The notes under the pieces are model-generated. The model saw only the letters and a program-made list of their open reading frames with translations. It did not search any database and was not told the DNA's origin. Made by a program: the position numbers and the translations under genes. A stretch of DNA of 64,000 nt from Lepidodermella squamata. Lineage: Eukaryota > Animalia > Gastrotricha. Position 1 is the stretch's first letter; each line of letters starts with the position of its first letter. This document shows, one piece after another, positions 12,693 to 27,380 of this stretch. The stretch spans positions 1,240,001-1,304,000 of the forward strand of contig JBLDXI010000021.1 of the NCBI GenBank assembly GCA_047495785.1. The letters run 5' to 3'.

Positions 12693-13988
12693 CAAGATGA
12701 CTGAGTAGATTGTAGATTCGCACACAATTTTACCGCAAAATTTATCTATTCAATGTGAGGTAGGACCTGATTTCTTTGGCAAGCGGACAATTAAAATTAA
12801 TAAATGACTTCCTCCTTCAATATCCGTTTATAGAATATTGTACGTGATTTGGCGCTATTTCGCTGCGAAGCTTTCAGAGGTCTGCGCTTCTAAAATTCTA
12901 TCAGCTACCTAGTAGAAATGAGCTAACCCGACTCGCTCGACGTTGTCGTGCCTGGCGATGATGAATTCAGTGGCTGCAATCACTGCTTATATAAGGTTTT
13001 CAAGGTCCAATGGTTTAAGGTTCTCTGTTGCAGAACCATCATTGCTACGGCAAGCCAGGGCAGTAATAGAAAGCACGTTCGCCGTCGCCATCATTTCAGT
13101 TCATGGTGAGCCGGCAAGTGTCATTTATTTTTTTTATTTTAAATGAATCCATTCATTTTGTTTATTTTTATTTTTCATTTTATTTCATTTTATTTTTATT
13201 TTCGGCTTGCTATCAATCGTATAGATTAGTAGCATTTGTCGGCGTCTCAGTTTAGATAATTAGAATTTGTTTTTATCGGATCGGATCAAGGTCGGTAATC
13301 TATATGCTTTGAATTTAGAAAGTGAACCCAATGACAATTTCATACGGTAGCTTAATCCACAGATTCCAAAAATTAACGAATCGTCCATTGCAGCAGTTGA
13401 TGTATTCATCCTCGGTTCCTTCATTCAAGACTGTATTCATCTTCGGTTCTTTCGGTTCCTTCGAATCATACGGTCAGGAAAATTGTTTCTGTATGACGTA
13501 GAATCCAAGCTTGCTTTTCTCCTGTACCTGCTAAAAACTCGGAGGTGAGCAGCTAAGCAGAATCGAGGCGGTTGATTTATTGTCAGTTAGATACCTTATG
13601 CCCTGAATTGCGTTGTAATACCCGATGAGAACTGGTAATTTAAAATTTGAAGTGTTCTTTCATCCATATTTTCAGGGCGGGACAAATTCATGATTCACCT
13701 TTCATTTTTTATTGCCACTATTCATCTTACAAAAAACGGTCGCAAAGCCATTTGAATCATGAACTATTATATTAACGATACCTCGTCACCAATTATTTTT
13801 CATAATTCATGTTTCATGTGGCGATTTTGTGCAACTTCTATAGGGCTCTAGAGGGTTCTAGGCCAACTCATCCTGATGAACGTTTCATGGACTTAACTCA
13901 TGTACTTCGTGCGATTGAACCTGTGCGAGGGCTCCTGGAAACGGAGCGGGTAACACCTCAAACGATTTTTTAGAAGAAACAACCTAGC

Positions 13989-14239
13989 ATTAAATGGAAA
14001 TCAATTCCCAGCCGTCACAGTTTCAACTTTTACGTCACTAGCTTCTTGACATTACATTTTGAGATGAGTTAATTGCGATTGCCTGAAACGGATTTTGCTC
14101 ATCCCTTGTCATTGCCTTCACATTGGCTACTGCTCAAAATCCGTTTCAGGCGACTGCAATTAACACACCCCAGTATTTAATGGTGACTAGTGACGCAAAT
14201 TGAAGCTGCGACGGCGACAAAATTGATTGCCATGTTAAT
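13989..14239. repeat. Long imperfect palindrome (hairpin MITE-like)
   Basis: Arms of about 105 bp. The inner GTTAATTGCGATTGCCTGAAACGGATTTTG pairs with CAAAATCCGTTTCAGGCGACTGCAATTAAC, and the outer GTCACTAG / CTAGTGAC and ATCAATT / AATTGAT also pair. Confidence 0.7.
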
Positions 14240-14881
14240 CTTCCGGCGATCTGGAAACGAACAGCGACAGATCATCTAGGGAAATATATTACGAGTGGGT
14301 GTTAATTCCCCTTTCGTTCCGGTTCTTTGTTTTTTTATCATTTTCGCTTTTTCTTGAATGAAAATAACCTGTTTTGACTAAACATTTTGTTAACGAGAAA
14401 ATCTCGACATTAGCACTAGTTTCCTGTTTCCGATGACATCGCTAACCTTCAGGTTATAGAAGAAAAGCTTCAAGTCAATATATTTTGTCAATATTATCGC
14501 GCATTTCTCAACTAGTTAGCTGCTAGTCAGCTGAAAGTTTCATTGCACGTCACTAAATCTTAGGTAAAGCGGAATAAAAAGCCTTTTTGCCTGCTTGAGA
14601 AATTCAAACTTTGGCTTCAAAGAGACTATTAACAGCAGACTCTATGCTGATAGCGAAGAAATCTTCTCAAGCGGGATTTTACCCATAAAAAGCGGGTATA
14701 ATATCAGCCAGATTGCGTTGGTATTCACGCACGGGAGAAATGGAGGCCATTTACCACTCCATTATCGCTGATATTTTCTGAAAATCTTCGTGGAAAGGCG
14801 GATTTCAGGGATTTTGAAACCGTCACATATCGATTTTATTGCTTAAGTTTGCTTTTTCTGAACTAGAATCAGCGATTATAA

Positions 14882-17130
14882 ATGACGTCTACCGATAAAG
14901 CCTCCGTGCGATTATTATTTTGGCCAAGCAACTACCCGACGATTAGCAGAATAAAAACTGGCGATTTGCACTCACAGCATCTTGCTGCATCCGATAACGC
15001 GCGTTTGTCTGATATTCTCGCGCCACGCCAAGACAATAATATGGATATGGAGAAGATGAAAGACCTGGCTTCGTCGCCAGGTGCGGCTTTGAAAGACAAA
15101 GTTTTATCCCTTTTCGATCGAGTTCGAAACGGCGAACAAGAGGATGATAGCGCCGGCATTTCGAAACAAAATTCCTTGAAAATTCTTGCGGCTAACGAAC
15201 AACTCCGCGGAACTTTTGCGAAGGGTGAGTCATATAAAACCTTATGGTCATTCTTTTACGTCGTATTTAATTCAAGATGTTGTATCGACTGAGCTTGACG
15301 CCAAGCTTTCAAAGGAGCTGTTAGAGGCCACGATGGTCCTATGTCACAGCTATTTGTGCACTGAGTACGATCGTAGCGAGAAGGTGATCAATTTCCGCCA
15401 CCCATCCATCCTGAGACAGGACATAGGCGATCTGTTGAAGATGGATGAGCCAAATCCTGTTGACGTAGCCCAGTTGCTACGGGAAATTGACGTCGTCTTA
15501 CGAAATTGCGTCCGAACCGGCCACCCGCGATTCTTCAATCAAATATCTAACGGAATCGATCTGGTTTCCCTGATTGGCGAATGGATTACAGCTACAGTGA
15601 ATACGAATATGTAAGCCTTGCACTATAATTATAAGCCTAACAGCTGACTTTTAACATTTTTCGAAAGGTTCACCTATGAAATCAGCCCTGTTTTCGTTCT
15701 TATGGAGGATGCAATGATTCGGACGATGCAGCAAATAGTAGGTTTTAATCCGGAAACCAGTGATGGAATTCTGGCACCAGGCGGTACCATTTCAAACCTC
15801 TACGCTGTTCTGGCTGCTAGACTGCGCGCTTGCCCGGAATTGCGACTCAAAGGTCTCAACGCTGGTCGTCCCTTGGTTTTATTCACATCCACCCACGTAA
15901 GCATAGAAACTCCTTAATTTCGATGAAATTGATAAATCAATTATTTAGAGCCACTACTCCGTCCATCGATCCGGCGTCATTGCAGGCTTGGGATTGGAGA
16001 ATGTAGTCGAGATCGGAACTGACAATCGCGGCAAGATGAACATCGCCGAATTGGAAGAGGCTATAAATCGCGCAAAGGAACAAGGCAAAATGCCATTTTT
16101 AGTTGTTGCTACCGCTGGTACTACTGTCCTTGGCGCCTTTGATCCTATCAGGAAAATAGCTGCAATCGCCAAGGCTAACAATATGTGGCTTCACGTTGAT
16201 GTAATTTTCCCGACTTTAACAAATTATTGGGTCTATTTATCGATTTTTGTAGGCAGCATGGGGAGGTGGAGCTTTGATCAGCGATAAGCACAAGTACCTT
16301 CTCGACGGAGTTGAATTGTAAGTAAAATTTCAATATTTTTTTCGCTCTAATTTGATTTCCAATTAATGCTCACAGGGCCGATTCAGTCACCTGGAATCCC
16401 CACAAAATGATGGGTGTTACCCTTCAATGTTCGGTTTTTCTGACAAGGGACAAGGTTAGGAATTTTCACTTTTTATCCTTACAATTTCTTATGTAAGTTC
16501 AATTTTTTAGACTGTTCTTTGCGAGATGAATGCCATGTCGGCGGAGTATCTGTTCCAACAAGACAAGCACTACGACGTCTCGTATGACACCGGTGACAAA
16601 TCGCTGCAGTGCGGGCGCCACAATGACATCTTCAAGTTTTGGCTAACATGGCGATCGAAAGGCCGCCAAGGATTCGCGGAAAAAATCGATGGCTTATTTG
16701 AGCTTGCCGCGTGAGTTTAAACATGACGCGTTTTTTTATTGATTATATTTTAATTAATTTTGCCTTCAGTTTTGCGCAAAGTGAGATTAAACGTCGCGAG
16801 ACCCATTTCCGTCTTTACCTGCCAGAAATCGAATGTCTGAACATTTGTTTCTGGTACATTCCTAAATGCTTATTGAAAGCTACCGGTTCAGTTCAGCCAC
16901 TTCCTTATCCCGATGATCCGGCTCTGCTCGATCGAGTCGCGCCTTTTATCAAGGCTAAAATGATGGAACGCGGTTACACTATGGTTGGATATCAGCCCTT
17001 GGATGAGAAGCCGAACTTCTTCCGCCTAATTATTTCCAGCAGCGCTGTAACCAAAGAGGACATTTTATTTTTGATCAACGAAATCGAAGAAATTGGAAGC
17101 AAGATCACCCTTAACGATCTTCAAGGCTAA
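14882..17130 (+). CDS. GAD: Glutamate decarboxylase (PLP-dependent group II decarboxylase)
   Basis: [55 protein letters not shown] lysine [27 protein letters not shown]. Eight exons. Start is 14882 or 15041. Confidence 0.92.
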
Positions 17131-17848
17131 ACATTTTGCTTGATGCGAGCATAATATTTGACAAGAATTCTAAACCCGTGTTTTAAGCCAAATTTTTCCA
17201 TTATTTAATTTGGTGTCGCATGTTATACCGGTGTCCCTTAATTTTACGGGTTTCACATTATCTCGGATACCTCTCGGCCATAACAATTTGTAGTTTTTCT
17301 ATAACGTGCCACCTGTCCCAAGTATTTGCTTCTACTCACCAATTTATTGTGTTATTCCAATAAAAGTAAAAGTTCCAGTTTGTGAGCGCGGCTCATCGTT
17401 ATTGATGAGTCATTAAATTTTGTTGGCAAAACTCGGCCGAGCGTTTAGAGCGTTTCCTAAACCAGGTTATATACCTTCATTTATGTTATTTTAGGGAAAG
17501 TAGCTAGGTAAATTGAGTCGCTGCGGGCAAGATGTGCGACGGCAATAAAAATAATATTTTTTCGCATCGCAGGTGTGCGATACCCAGCAGCAGCAGCTGG
17601 CAACAATGCGCGCAAAAATTGTATGGCAAATAAAAACGCGTTTCGAGCGTCTTTTTATTTTATACGCAAAACAGGCCTGTTTCGCCGCGGTCGAACAATG
17701 CGTCGTTTATTGTTGTTTTTACCTCTGAAAAATAACAGGCTGAAGCGGTTAAACAATGCCGCGGTTGTGTCATTCATCTGATGTGATGAACAGCCCGGCT
17801 AATAAAACGCTCCCTATTAACAGTTGAAACGTTTGATCATTTCGCGCA

Positions 17849-20358
17849 ATGAAACAAAAACACTACACTATTACTGTCATAGCTGCGCTGATTTCAGTTT
17901 TCATCCGTCAAATCGATGCGGCATTTTACAAATCGGGAGCCGCTGCTGATTGGTTAGCAGTTGGCAACAGCATTCCGTACTACGTTGATCCTAGTTAGTT
18001 CATGGATACATAAAGTGCCACCTTAAATATATCGTGGATTTTTTTAGATCTTAGTTCAGATGTTCAAGTCAATGTCGACACGACTCTGATCTACGTTTCA
18101 GGCCTAGTTCCTCGCCTCAATTTCGCGAAAACCTTAGTTGCAGCTAATGCTGTCATATCCTTCCAACTGGATAATACTCGAGCTGTGTAAGACTTACCAT
18201 GTTTTCAATTTCGCTTTTAAATTTGAAGTCTAACAGTTGCGAAGATGAGAATGTTCAAATCGGTAAAGTTTCCGGAGGGGTGACAAGAATTTATATTACC
18301 GAGACGAACTTGGCCGCGTGCGGTACAAAAGGCTGGATAATGCACTTACTACTTCATGCCCTTGGTTTTTACCACGAACACCAGCGACCGGATCGGGACA
18401 ACTACATTTACATCAATTACGCCAATAGCAAGGCAACTTCAGCGATGAAATCAGCCTTACTCGATGTTATCAGATCGACTTCAACCGTTGTTAGAGGAGC
18501 CTACGATCTAGCGTCGGTTACGCATTACGATTCGATAGCCACTGCCTATACTCTTAAGGTAGAAATCTTGCCTCAAATTTCATATTTTAAAAAGCAAACT
18601 TCGAATAGACGACTATAGTAGCTGTACCTCCCGAGCTGTATTCTCAGTTATCGTTTGGCCACGCTGTTAGTATTTACTACTCGAGCGATTCGGTACTTTC
18701 GATTGGAGATTTGGAAACTCTGAGGTTCCTATTTCCATCCACAATTGCGCCTCCCGTCTGTAAGACCGGAAATTCTTCTTTACCTTCACATTTTAAATTT
18801 TAAATTTTAATAGCCGGTGCCCAAGTTTGTCAAAACGGCGGTATTTGGTTGGACTGGTGTATTTGCAAGCCTGGCTTCACTGGGAGATATTGCCAAGACA
18901 GTAAGACATTTGAAAGGAATAATATCATAAAGATCAAGGATTCAATCAATTTTTCAGTATATTGCCCAAATAAATGTCAAAACGGTGGAACTTGCCAAAT
19001 TTCATCGGCTAATGGCTTGCCCAAGTGCTTATGTCAGACTGGTTTTAGCGGGAATTTCTGCGAAATTCGCGGCTCGAATAACACATGCAACTGCCCGTGG
19101 TGGAGTTTATGCGACACCACCTTATCTACCTGCATTTGCGATCCTTTCCCATATTACGGGCCAACATGCGCGAATCGAATTTCAGGCATAATTCCTTCAA
19201 CTAAAGCGCTTCCATCGCCAAGCACTTACCCAACGAGTTCATCTACTACGACGGTAACAAGTACCAGAGTTTCGACTACGAACGCCCCGGCGACCTGCGA
19301 CGGATCTTTAGTCGCTCGGCCGAGACCAATGACTACAACCAGCAGTTACATTTACCTTCGAATCGGGCTTAGTGACGTCACATTCCTGGCTGATTACGCT
19401 GATTTAGGCAGTTTTAATACCGTCGCCTTACAAGCCTTTCTTACCGAGACTTTACTCTATGATTTTCAAAGACACTCCAGCGCCTCTTTTCTATCGATTT
19501 TGCTGACCAATATTCTACCTGGGCCGTCGAGTTGTACTGTTGTTGATTTTCTCGCAAAATTCGGCCAGCCTTTGGGGCAGAATCAGGTGGCGAATATTGT
19601 TCAGGCAATATTTTTGAAGGAAAGGCTCAACGGCACGGCGACGAATAGAACGTGTAGGATCGGTTCGGTTTTCTACATCGATTCCGGTAATCGAGTGTTG
19701 AACGCAGCCTCGCCGTGCGCTGTCTACGAGGCTGAAAGGGTGTGTAAAAATGGCGGCAGTTGTTCGATTTCCGGCTCGGTGCCCGTTTGCAATTGCCCGA
19801 ATGGGAACTTCACAGGAGCTTATTGCGAGATTGCGATTCTTTCAGCCATCGACAACTCCTGGCCTACGCTTCAGATTATTTTAGTCACATTTGGCGCGAC
19901 TATCGTCTTGCTACTTTTCATCCTGCTCGTTGCGCTGATGAGGCAATATGTTGGGACAAATCCAGCTTGGTAAATATTAGTTAACCATGGGATAGACTGA
20001 AACATTGAAAAATCTTTTAATAGGTTGGCTCCAGTTGATCGAGATGCATTCGCTTTCGGCCATAGATGGTACGAAAATCGCCGATTGCCCGTGGAAGCTC
20101 ATCCTACTACCAATTATCTGGTCCCAGTTTTGACGCCTGCCGTAAGTATTTTGTAATATCATTGGAACAACAGAATTTTATTAATTTAATTTGAAAAAGA
20201 ATAAACAAATTCAGCCGTCAAACGTGAAGTTCAACAATCAACAAATGACGTCGAAAAAGGCCATCGTGCCAGCTCCGATCTTGCGCAACAAACCCGGCCA
20301 TCAACGCCCTGGTCAGATGACAAATGGAACGTTGAATAAATATATGCATAAATACTGA
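17849..20358 (+). CDS. Pseudo-astacin / 3xEGF / mucin / SEA-like / EGF / TM protein, copy A
   Basis: Signal peptide, [25 protein letters not shown] (18343-18375), YDLASVTHY, LSIGDLETL, EGF repeats, S/T stalk, SCTVVDF, EGF, TM (LQIILVTFGATIVLLLFILLVALM) and a cytoplasmic tail. Confidence 0.85.
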
Positions 20359-20790
20359 AAATCATCAAAAATAATTGTCATTTTTTGTAAAGCCTACAAG
20401 TATTACCTATAATAATAAAAATTGAATAATACATAACTAATAACTAATAATAGCAACCCAGGTCCCCTTTCCACACAAGTCTCGGGTCAACGGCCATGTC
20501 CTCATGATCACAAGACCTAGTCACCACCACATCCATTTACCCAAGGTCAATAGGTATGTCGCAGAGGCCAGTGCATGAACAGCGTCATGTTCCATTTATT
20601 CCTTTTAACTTCAGGCCGAAAGACGCAGAATTTTGAACCCATTCTTAGTCCACAAGCATAACCTATAAACTAATGTTTTTTCGGGATTTATCGTTGCCGG
20701 TTTAAGGAGGGTTTGTCCTCGTTCCGATTTTATCAAAATCACCACCCAGAAAGAAAATCTTCTTGAAAATTCTGTATAAAATCTAGGAAT

Positions 20791-23173
20791 ATGAATTCAC
20801 TAATTTTTAAGATTTTATTGATCGGCGCTTTGCTGACTGGTTAGAATTACCCTAGAAGTTTTCTCTATACCTAACAGTTTTTGTTATAGGGTTTGAGGCG
20901 GCACTTCAAAAAATCGGAACCGCTTGGGGTCCAGTCATTAGATATAACGTCGACCCGTGTAAAAATTTAGGATTTAGGAAAAAGTGTGAACTCCTTGCTC
21001 AATTTATTTGACAGATTTATCGTCTACAACGGAATCGACTATCAATACGGCTTTGACTCATATTACTTCGTTCGTTCCGGGAATTATCTTCGTCCGCGGA
21101 AATATCGCGCCCTATCTCAACTTTGTCAGAGGAACAGCCACAGCGACCACTGTATTGTACGCATTTAAACTCTATCATTAACAGCTAACCAATTGGCTTG
21201 ACAGTTGCGAGGATGAAAATGTCAAAATCGGCCCGACTGCTACCGTATTTGCCTGAAAATAAGCCCGGCTTATATTCGAGTACTATTTCAAAATTAAGGC
21301 GTTTTCAGCAAAATAAATTTAGAAGCCCGGGCTTCTAATATGGCCCCGGGCTTATAGCTAAGTACTTTGCATTTTTTGGCAGTAATAAGTCTGAAAATGA
21401 ACTTAATTCAATTCAAAAATCTTTATTTGTCATTTAAACCCAGCCCGTCGCTAGCAGGATATAATCACATTGGAAAACATCAAATGATATCAGGTGGCAT
21501 GTAAAACGGTGTGTAAAACGGTAACACATCCACCTGAGTCTTCGAACTTGTGAGAGCATGAGGCTCGGTAAGAAGACAGGGAGCGGCGTGCTTGATGTGA
21601 AAATCGTCCCATTATAATACATTTATATGAATTTCTGTGAAATTTATTGAAAATAAGTTCAAAATGATAATATTTATTGCATTAATTTGAATATATCGCC
21701 TCAGATTTTGATTTCGATTTTGGTACCGAAATTAAGGCCCACCCCGATATAGAAGCCCATGGGCTTGTGTTTGAGACCGGGCTTATTTTCAGGCAAATAC
21801 GGTACTGTCGGTACGGACATCGTAATCTACGAAGGTCTCACCACCTCGAACGGCATTAATCTGAAATGCAACTCGAAAGGCTGGATTCTCCATCTTGTAA
21901 CATTCATTGCATTCATTGCACAAATTCAATGAAAATGCGTTCTATCTCTCTGAAATTCCCATTATAGATCATGCATGCGCTTGGTTTTTACCACGAGCAC
22001 CAGCGTCAAGATCGTGATAGATACGTCTATGTAAACACTGGCAATTCTTTACTTTCAGAGGCAGCAACAAGTATGACAAAAGCTAAGATTTCGATGATTT
22101 TATTATTTATCTCCCATGTGTTAATAGCCGCTTTATTTTCACCGCAATCTGGCAAGAAATCTGGGAAATACGATTGGCAATCGATCACTTATTTCCATTA
22201 CAACGCCGGCGGGAAGGTCTCCGGTATCAAGCTGGTACGAACACCAGTTGTTTCTGCACCTTTAATATAACCCTTTGTAAAGATGACAACAGTTGCCGCT
22301 GTTCCACCAGAATATATCTCTTTGAAATCGTACGGCCACGCCACGAATCCAGACTACACCGATCATTCATCGCTATCGCGAGGGGACATTACAGCTCTAC
22401 AGGCGCTATTTCCGAGCGTCTCCGTACCAGCGCCAGGTAAATAATTTTTCGGTATTATCGGTTTCGGTACGTTGGTGAACAGTCGACCGCAAAAATTTTC
22501 GAATTCGCCTCATGAAATCGATCGATTAAGTTCGATGACTGGATAAAGGATAGGAAATGGCGTGATTCATCTACACGGCTCAGTTGGAATATAATCTAAA
22601 CGTCTTTTAGCTCCTCAGGTTTGTGCCAATGGTGGCACGTGGTATGGAAATTGGTGCTTATGCAAACAAGGTTATGCTGGTCGACTTTGCCAGGAAAGTA
22701 AGACTTTTCGATATTTTATTGCACGACAAATCAATCACCTATACTAAATTTTGCAGCTTACTGTATACAAGACTGTCAAAATAATGGATATTGCGCGATC
22801 AATTGCACATCAGGTCTTATGGGTTGTGTTTGCCCGCCCGGTTATTCTGGGTCAGCTTGTGAAATTGAGTCTATGAATGATTCCTGCCCAGGAGCTTGTC
22901 CGTGGTGGAGTGTTTGTGACGAGGATCTATCGACTTGCAACTGCGATCCCTATCCTTACCAGGGACCCACCTGCGCCGATCGTGAGTCCAATTGAAATTC
23001 CAATTGAAATTCAGAGTAATGAATGCATTATTACGATAGCCCTTTACGCTGTTCCTTCCACTTCGACTACGACATCGGCAACAACTTCGACCGCTCAAGC
23101 AAAAATGGCAAAAGACAGCCCGCAGCCTCCTTGGAAATTAACGTGGTTTCCACAGAATAAAAAAGATTCATAA
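20791..23173 (+). pseudogene. Pseudo-astacin/EGF copy B; MITE-disrupted and truncated before SEA/TM
   Basis: Exon-for-exon similar to copy C. A 560-bp MITE sits inside a coding exon at 21243. Homology to C stops after STSTTTSATTST (about 23092), with a stop at 23173. Confidence 0.8.
21243..21802. mobile_element. pogo/Tc2-like MITE
   Basis: Perfect 26-bp TIR CCGTATTTGCCTGAAAATAAGCCCGG and TA target duplication (21241-2, 21803-4). The equivalent site is empty in copy C (GGCCCGACTGCAACTGTCGGT). Confidence 0.92.
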
Positions 23174-23983
23174 AAATATTATACTAAAAATTAAAAAATT
23201 AAAATTAAAAAAAAAAGATTTGTAAAATCAAATGAATACAAAGATTCTCAATTACTAACCAACCCAATTTTTTTAGGATTATTATGCGTTGCATTGCATT
23301 AAACGGTAAAACTACCATTCCTGTCCTGAGTTCGCAGAATAAACCCGGTCAAACGCCTTGGTCGGAGTCAACAAATTAAAAGCTAAAAACAGAACGGCCA
23401 AAATGGAAAAATCATCAAAAATAATTGTCACTTTATGGTCACAAGAAAAAACTATATCAATACCTGTATTATCATCTGCGAAAAATAAACAACGTGGAAA
23501 AGAAATTACTGTATTTAACACTGGTTCTTAATTACCTGTGTAATCATAAAGGAAACGTTGTGTGTATGTGTTTCGGATTTTGTTTTTGTTTCGCCGTGAA
23601 ATTTCTTTTCTGCAGCTCAGAAAATACTCGCATTGTCTGCGGCGGCGCATAGCTGTATAGTAAAGCGTCTAATCGTTTGGCGTTGCGTCAATATACCGTA
23701 TGTCGCACAGGTCAGGTGCACGAACGACAGCGTCGTCTTGTTCTGTTTATTCGCTTTTAACTTCGGGCCGAGAGACGCAGCATGAAAAGAGGACGACGAC
23801 GACGACATTGAGCTTAAACACATCTCTCAGGCTGCAACGGAATGCACTATAATTTTGTTACAATTATAATACCCTAAGGTTTCACCTATGACAGTCGCTA
23901 TAAGACTCACCTTTTGCGTCGAAATATCAAAAGAAAATCTCCTTTGAATATAACCTGATTATTGTGTACCAAATTTAGGAAAA

Positions 23984-26690
<2,707 letters not shown>

Positions 26691-27380
26691 TGGAATTCGT
26701 TGAAAATGTTCTCAAGAAGGCGTGGTCTCAGGCCAACACAATTGATAGTATAAAACGTTCTTTTATTTGCAAACAAATTTTCGTTCTGTGTTTCGTTTTG
26801 TTGTCAGAGGATTATATTCGAATACACAATAAAAAAAAGAAATCTTCCTTAATTTTGAAATATATAGGTGATGATCACGGTGACCTCTAATAGCGTTATG
26901 TGTGTTCTACGGCTGCGGTCGATTTTTAAACAAATTTTCAGTCGTACTAGTGCGAGGTAACAGAGAGCGACGCGATGAGCGCGTACGCATGAGATAAAAT
27001 TTGGCGGACAAATACGGGCCTATATAAAACACAGTGTGAGCGCAAAAGTGCGCGCGCGCGCTTCAACTGCGCGTTGAATTTATAATATTATACTTATTCT
27101 CTATGCGAACGGCCTTACCTTTACCAAACCAGCGAAACAACGTTGCAAACAACGGCTAGCTGAGGTATACATATTGCTGTCATTATTATTACAACACATC
27201 GCGTTGCAGCGCATGAAGAGTGTAATTTCGGTCGACGAGTCTCGTCTTCTGCTCCCCTCTAAAATGTAGACACAAACGAGTGAAACGCGCATTGACAGCG
27301 GCAAAAGCGGTGGTCGCAACACAACAATAGCAGGTTTTTAGAATTTAACGCTCGCAAGTCTGCTTTTTCCCGCAATAGCC

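Noticed and set aside
20420-20600. Possible SINE 3' fragment on the minus strand with a (TTA)-like tail
   Set aside because: No pol III boxes and no second copy in the window to support it.
21245-21792. MITE in copy B could be spliced out as an intron (GT at 21245, TTTTCAG ending 21792)
   Set aside because: That splice resumes at 21793, which is out of frame with the codon starting at 21804, so the protein is not restored.
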